Source: Planctomycetota bacterium
Lineage (GTDB): Bacteria; Planctomycetota; UBA8108; UBA1146
Assembly: GCA_036338595.1 (NCBI GenBank)
Contig: JAYZBV010000072.1
Span: 11,686-75,685, forward strand
Reading direction: 5' to 3'
DNA length: 64,000 bases
The translations under genes were made by a program, and so were the position numbers. The notes below the pieces were generated by a model. The model saw only the letters and a program-made list of their open reading frames with translations. It made no database searches and had not been told where the DNA came from. Positions 59,301 to 64,000 of the stretch are shown one piece after another. Position 1 is the first letter of the stretch; the number at the start of each line of letters is the position of its first letter.

Positions 59301-61190
59301 ATGGATATTGGTCTCATGAAGTGGAAGCCGTGCTTCTGGATGCTGGCTTCGGTACTTGGCTGCCTGGCCTCACCGACCGGCGACATCCTGGCTTCGAATG
59401 GGGTATCGATGGCCCCGGATGAGGTGGTCGGAGAGGTGACCTCGGTCACGCTTTACTCGAGGCACGCCAGAGTCGAGCGGACCCTGGCCATCGCCGCTGA
59501 CGAGAATCGCCTCCGGTCGCTGCGGACGATGCAGATCGGGCCGCTTCCCTCTTCGATCATCGATAGTTCCATCGAGATCGAGGGCACTGCCGGGCTCTCT
59601 TCAGTATCGGTCCAGGTCAACCGAAGCAGCGGCAAGCCCGTCGAGTCGGAGGCGGTTAAGGCCAACAGGCGATTGCTGAAGGAGCGCGAGCAAAAGTTGC
59701 TGGCACTGCAACGCAAAGACCAATCCTTGCAGCAGATGCGCACCAGATTCGCCAGGATCCTGCCAAAGCTAGACGACGACGATGAGACGTCTGATCTGAT
59801 CCATCTAGGCAAATGGCAAGGAATGCTCGACCTGGTGCAACAGGGGATGCTCGGGGCTGCTAGAGCCAGGGATGAACTGGCACCACAACTTCGAGAATCG
59901 ATGCAACAGGTCGAGCAAACCCGAAAAGAACTCGCTGAACTGGTCGATGAGGGGCGGCGCTCGAGGGCGGTCATCCATGCTGGCATCCAGGATCTGACCG
60001 GCGAAGGAGGCGTCATCCGGGTTCGATATCTGATTCCAAGGGCGTTCTGGTACCCGCATTACGAGGTCGATGTGGATGCAGATAGCGGATCGATTCAACT
60101 GAGAGCGTTCGCCATCGTGAAGCAGTCAACGGGCGAAGATTGGCCTGAAGTTCCGGTTCATTTCTCAACTTCGACACCGGAACAGGGTTCTGACCTTCCT
60201 GAACTGGCTTCTCTCATATTGAAACGAGATCGCTACCTGGATCGCGATGATGTGCGTGCCGTGGACCCTCTTCGTCGTGCAAGGCCAATGATGGAAGCGC
60301 GAAGGAGTGTGAAACCTGAGGCAAAATACTATGCGGGAACAGAGTTGGGCCTTTCCTTCGGTGATGTAGATAAACTTGCGGACATGGATCTCCCGCAATT
60401 GAAAATGAGTTATCGTGCCGATGGTTTATTAGACCAGCAAGGAATGAATGGCATTGCCTCGCTAGGTATCGATGAGAAGCGGGTCATGGAAACTGCTGCG
60501 CCCATGCAACTGCTGCTACCGATGATGTCAAACAGGGGTTTCTTGAGGGTGTTCCAGTCGGTGAAGCCGGAGGCGATTCCGTCCGATGGGCAATCTCATC
60601 GGCTGCTGTATTCGGTCAAGAACCTCAATTTTACCGAAGAACGGCTCTGTATCCCCGAGTTGAATCTGGCAGTGTTTCGGAGAATCATCGCCTCCCTGTC
60701 CGGCACGGACCCGCTACTGAGGGGCACCGTTTCCGTGTTTCTTGGCGAGGATTACCTGGGGCAGGCAGTCATCGATACCACAGCTCCTGGAGAGAATCTT
60801 GAACTCGACCTGGGAGTGGACGGGCAACTGGTCGTCGAGAGGATTCAACGGGAATCAGAGGACGAGATCGGGCTATTTTCGAAGGCTGCTCTGTTTGATA
60901 CAGACCTCGAACTGACGATCAGCAACTATCACGCAGAATCAGTGAAGTTGCTGTTACGCGAGCGAATCCCATTCACCGAATCGGATTCTCTGAAGATCCG
61001 GGTGGATCGCATCAAGAGCGTTCCTTTGCCAGAGGGATTGGATTCCGATGATGGTCTCCTTTCCTGGGAAATCGAATTGCCACCCGGGGAGTCGGAACAA
61101 ATCCGCCTGAAATGGTCGATCGAGGCTCCCGTCGGTGTGGAGTTGCAGAAGCGAGAAGCACCTGAGCGCAGCGGTCAGGAGGGTAGATGA
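59301..61190 (+). CDS. DUF4140/DUF4139 (MuiA-like) exported protein, paralog 1
   Basis: VTSVTLYSRHARVER, coiled coil, Y....A.W.PHY, VKQSTGEDW..V...FST..P, IPSDG, LGVD, RERIP, G.L.W. Confidence 0.88.
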   Translation: MDIGLMKWKPCFWMLASVLGCLASPTGDILASNGVSMAPDEVVGEVTSVTLYSRHARVERTLAIAADENRLRSLRTMQIGPLPSSIIDSSIEIEGTAGLSSVSVQVNRSSGKPVESEAVKANRRLLKEREQKLLALQRKDQSLQQMRTRFARILPKLDDDDETSDLIHLGKWQGMLDLVQQGMLGAARARDELAPQLRESMQQVEQTRKELAELVDEGRRSRAVIHAGIQDLTGEGGVIRVRYLIPRAFWYPHYEVDVDADSGSIQLRAFAIVKQSTGEDWPEVPVHFSTSTPEQGSDLPELASLILKRDRYLDRDDVRAVDPLRRARPMMEARRSVKPEAKYYAGTELGLSFGDVDKLADMDLPQLKMSYRADGLLDQQGMNGIASLGIDEKRVMETAAPMQLLLPMMSNRGFLRVFQSVKPEAIPSDGQSHRLLYSVKNLNFTEERLCIPELNLAVFRRIIASLSGTDPLLRGTVSVFLGEDYLGQAVIDTTAPGENLELDLGVDGQLVVERIQRESEDEIGLFSKAALFDTDLELTISNYHAESVKLLLRERIPFTESDSLKIRVDRIKSVPLPEGLDSDDGLLSWEIELPPGESEQIRLKWSIEAPVGVELQKREAPERSGQEGR

Positions 61191-62857
61191 AGACCTTGAT
61201 CATCCACTCCCTGCTGGTGATTTCGTTATTCCTGGTGGTTCCAGAAGTTCCCGCAGCCACCCAACAGGTGAAGGCAGTGGCGGCTCCGGACGCAGTGACC
61301 GTGTTCGAGAATCGTGCCCGTGTCCATCGTAGACTCGAAGTCGAGATGCAGATTGGTTCGAAGGAAGTTGTTTTTGATGGCTTGCCTTCGAGTCTTGATC
61401 CAGCGAGTGTTCGCGCCAAATTGATGGGGGTTGAAGGACTCGTGCTCGGAGTCCGGATGAAGCAAGAAGTCCACGAGCAGGAGGTCCAGCAACAGGTTCG
61501 ACAAATTTCCAGTGCGCTGGAAGAAATCGGCGACCAGCTCAGCGGCATCGATGCTCGACTGGAAGAACTGAGTCGTCTCGAGATTCTGACCACGAGTCTT
61601 TCCGGGATTCTCGAGGAAACCGTTTCCGATGCCGGGCAAGGTGGAATCCTGGGGACGGTCACTGCCGGCCAGATCATCGAGGCACAGCAGTGGATTGCAG
61701 ATCGCCAGCTGGAGCACTCGCTCAGCAGAGATCGGCTGGTCACGGAGAAAAAACTGATCCTGATCCGGCGCAGTGATTTGCAGGCAGACATGGCGCCCTT
61801 GAGACAGCGACAAGGCCGCACAACCTGGTCTGCGATCGTGTTGCTACAGGCGCAGCAGCCGGGTTCTGCAACGGTTGAACTGGCTCACGATGTCCCGGGA
61901 GCGCGCTGGGTGCCCGTTCATGAGGCCAGGCTAGACGAATCGAAGGCAACGGTTGCCTGGACTGCGCGAGCTCAGGTAGTGCAGCAAAGCGGTGAGGCGT
62001 GGAATGATGTGAAATTGACACTTTCGACGGCACGCTCTTCACTCGGCCTGACGCCACCCTCACTGGTGCCAGTACGTCTGGATCCCGTGATGGTTGTTGC
62101 CAGAAAGAGCGCCGAGATCACATCGGATATGAGGGCCCCATCGGCGTCCGCAGGCCTCGACAGAGGAATAGCACAGGCTCCCTCGGAAGAGGCGTGGGGG
62201 GCAAATCTAGAAGGTGCAGAACTGGTCTCGGGCTCTGGACCGGTCCGGTTTGAAATCCGTGCACCTGCGACCATCCCCTCGGATGGGAGCGTCCATTCGG
62301 TGACGATCTCCAAGAAGTCTTTCGCTGCTGAACTCGACTTCCAGAGTATCCCTCTGATGAGCCCACATGTGTTCCGTCGCGCGAAGTTGATGAACCCCGC
62401 CGGGGCACCACTACTGGCCGGTCCTGTCAGCTGTTTTCGCGAAGGCGCCTATGTCGGGGATGGACGGGTGAAGCGTATCGCAGGAGGGCAGTCCTTTTCT
62501 CAGCACTTCGGTTCAGAGGGAAGAATCAGGGTTCGCAAGGAAGAGATCGATGATCACTCCGGTGCTGCAGGGACTTTCACCAAGGATCTGAAGCTGGAAA
62601 AAGCATTCCGTATCACCGTGGAATCAGTGCTTCCCGACTCCGTTTCCTTTGAACTGGTCGACCGGATTCCGGTCAGCACGCTTCCAGGTGTCGAGATCAA
62701 TCTGGGAGATGAGACGACTGCTGATCCAGCGGTGGATGAAGACGGGATAGTGCGTTGGGTCATGACCCTCGAAGCATCGGGGAAGCGCGAGTTCATCCTG
62801 CACTGGGAGGCCACTGTAGACCCGGAGTACCGTGATCTTCTGGAACAACTACGGTGA
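61187..62857 (+). CDS. DUF4140/DUF4139 (MuiA-like) exported protein, paralog 2
   Basis: Signal peptide, AVTVFENRARVHR, LPSSLDPASVR, QQSGEAWNDVKLTLST, TIPSDG, LLAGPV, VDRIPVS, DGIVRW; ATGA overlap with paralog 1. Confidence 0.9.
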   Translation: MKTLIIHSLLVISLFLVVPEVPAATQQVKAVAAPDAVTVFENRARVHRRLEVEMQIGSKEVVFDGLPSSLDPASVRAKLMGVEGLVLGVRMKQEVHEQEVQQQVRQISSALEEIGDQLSGIDARLEELSRLEILTTSLSGILEETVSDAGQGGILGTVTAGQIIEAQQWIADRQLEHSLSRDRLVTEKKLILIRRSDLQADMAPLRQRQGRTTWSAIVLLQAQQPGSATVELAHDVPGARWVPVHEARLDESKATVAWTARAQVVQQSGEAWNDVKLTLSTARSSLGLTPPSLVPVRLDPVMVVARKSAEITSDMRAPSASAGLDRGIAQAPSEEAWGANLEGAELVSGSGPVRFEIRAPATIPSDGSVHSVTISKKSFAAELDFQSIPLMSPHVFRRAKLMNPAGAPLLAGPVSCFREGAYVGDGRVKRIAGGQSFSQHFGSEGRIRVRKEEIDDHSGAAGTFTKDLKLEKAFRITVESVLPDSVSFELVDRIPVSTLPGVEINLGDETTADPAVDEDGIVRWVMTLEASGKREFILHWEATVDPEYRDLLEQLR

Positions 62858-63147
62858 CCATGGATGATCTGATCGACGGAGTACTCACCTCCAGGGGTCG
62901 GGAGCAAAAGAAGCTGCTCAAGCAGGTCTTCGCTCTCGATCCCGGCAAGGAAGAAGCGATCCGCCTCGCTCCTGCTCTTCGCGATCCCAGCCCCAGAGTC
63001 TCGGCACGGATCACTGCTCTCCTGGCTCGTCATCGCCTGCTCGAGTTATTCGAACAGCAACTGGAAGGTCTCAAGCCGGGAAAAATCAGCATCCTGAGGG
63101 CACACTTCGACAGGATCAGCGCAAGAGGAGATGATCAGAACAGTTGA
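62854..63147 (+). CDS. Small helical hypothetical protein (HEAT-like)
   Basis: LAPALRDPSPRV HEAT-type motif; GTGA overlap with the upstream gene. Confidence 0.6.
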   Translation: MTMDDLIDGVLTSRGREQKKLLKQVFALDPGKEEAIRLAPALRDPSPRVSARITALLARHRLLELFEQQLEGLKPGKISILRAHFDRISARGDDQNS

Positions 63148-63160
63148 GGCGGCGGGAGAA

Positions 63161-63685
63161 TTACCCCTGCTCTTCTTGAGGTCCCTCGCTCAGTTCTTCG
63201 TAATCACTGCTCGGTACCAGCATCACTGCTTCCACATCTGCAGTACCGATCACCTCGGTCCTGTCGAAGACAACTTCCCAGGTGTAGCGGCCGGGTTCGG
63301 AAAATACCATCGGTGGTAATTCGAAGATGCACTCGTGGTGCTCCCTGCGATCTCCATGTTCGAGAGGGAACTCCGGACTCTCCTCGATGATGGAATCGTC
63401 ATTGAGCCGCTTGAAACGGAAGGAAACGGTGTGCTGCCCCGAGAAGTCGCTCAAATTCAGGTATAGCGATGCCGGTTGGTATTCGCAGGGGAAATCCACA
63501 AGCGGGATCTGATTGAATGTTCCGGCGAGAACACACTTACGCGTCTCGTCATCTTTGTATACGCGGTCGCAGAGGATGATCGCCTGGACGAGAGGTAGCA
63601 GGGGACGATTCACGGGAGAGGCCTGCCCTTCATTGAGGTTGTGCAAATCAAAGCCGTCCGATGGACGAGTGTATGAGAGTGACAA
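63161..63685 (-). CDS. Hypothetical beta-sandwich protein (DUF6941-like; start uncertain)
   Basis: PLVQAIILCD.V..D..T.K..L.G.F..I; F.EPGRY. Confidence 0.65.
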   Translation of the reverse strand: MSLSYTRPSDGFDLHNLNEGQASPVNRPLLPLVQAIILCDRVYKDDETRKCVLAGTFNQIPLVDFPCEYQPASLYLNLSDFSGQHTVSFRFKRLNDDSIIEESPEFPLEHGDRREHHECIFELPPMVFSEPGRYTWEVVFDRTEVIGTADVEAVMLVPSSDYEELSEGPQEEQG

Positions 63686-64000
63686 CTCGACACGCGAGAT
63701 GCTCTCGCGGGTAATTTCTAGCCAACTGGATTATCGCAGAGAGATTCCTCCATGTCATCCGATCTGAGAGCGTCAGTCTTGACCGTCCCGGGCATGAGAC
63801 ACAGAATGCTCGACGCTGGGGTCGGGCCAGGGGATCTCCCCTCAGGAGAGGACTCGCCGATGATTCCGGAGAAGGGCTCTGGATAGCTTGCGAATACTCT
63901 CTGCACGGGAAACTGCCTGGTTCAACATCAGCCCCGACTCCACCTGGGATTCGATCCAGCGCCTCGAGGACTGGCCGAGGTGGTGTGACGGCCTGATGGA

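Noticed and set aside
63686..64000. Possible gene at the right edge of the window
   Set aside because: No recognisable motif in the available sequence; cannot be called.

Overview
GC-rich bacterial chromosomal window. It is probably from an uncultured Planctomycetota-like organism, an inference from a Cys-rich FIRxDxNxDG dockerin-like tail, the FliA style and a long RNase HII-like gene. Left to right: partial metH; tRNA-Ser(UGA); a CNNM/CBS membrane protein; then a compact 13.6 kb flagellar-type export cluster (fliF fused to a partial fliG, fliH, fliI, fliJ, fliO, fliP, fliQ, fliR, a C-terminally truncated flhB, flhA, flhF, flhG, fliA). The cluster has no rod, hook, filament, FliM/FliN or stator genes. 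It is the strongest candidate for a novel system: a motor-less, switch-less, flagellum-derived type III secretion machine. Next come a GT-C glycosyltransferase, a selenocysteine locus (selA, Sec-containing selD with in-frame UGA and a SECIS-like hairpin, selC), HU, priA, and a methyltransferase-bshC-bshB1-bshA operon (possible N-methyl-bacillithiol). These are followed by mog, two paralogous secreted vWA proteins around a PfkB kinase, peptidases, proS, a UbiD decarboxylase and an FG-GAP/dockerin protein. The right part holds an arylsulfotransferase, a selenium-type YedE, a sialidase-like protein, a lipid N-methyltransferase, fhs, RNase HII-like, TrmH-like, a candidate rod-shaped ncRNA, DUF480 and two DUF4139 paralogs. 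No integrase, transposase or CRISPR array was seen. All calls come from motif recognition by eye; no database searches were run.
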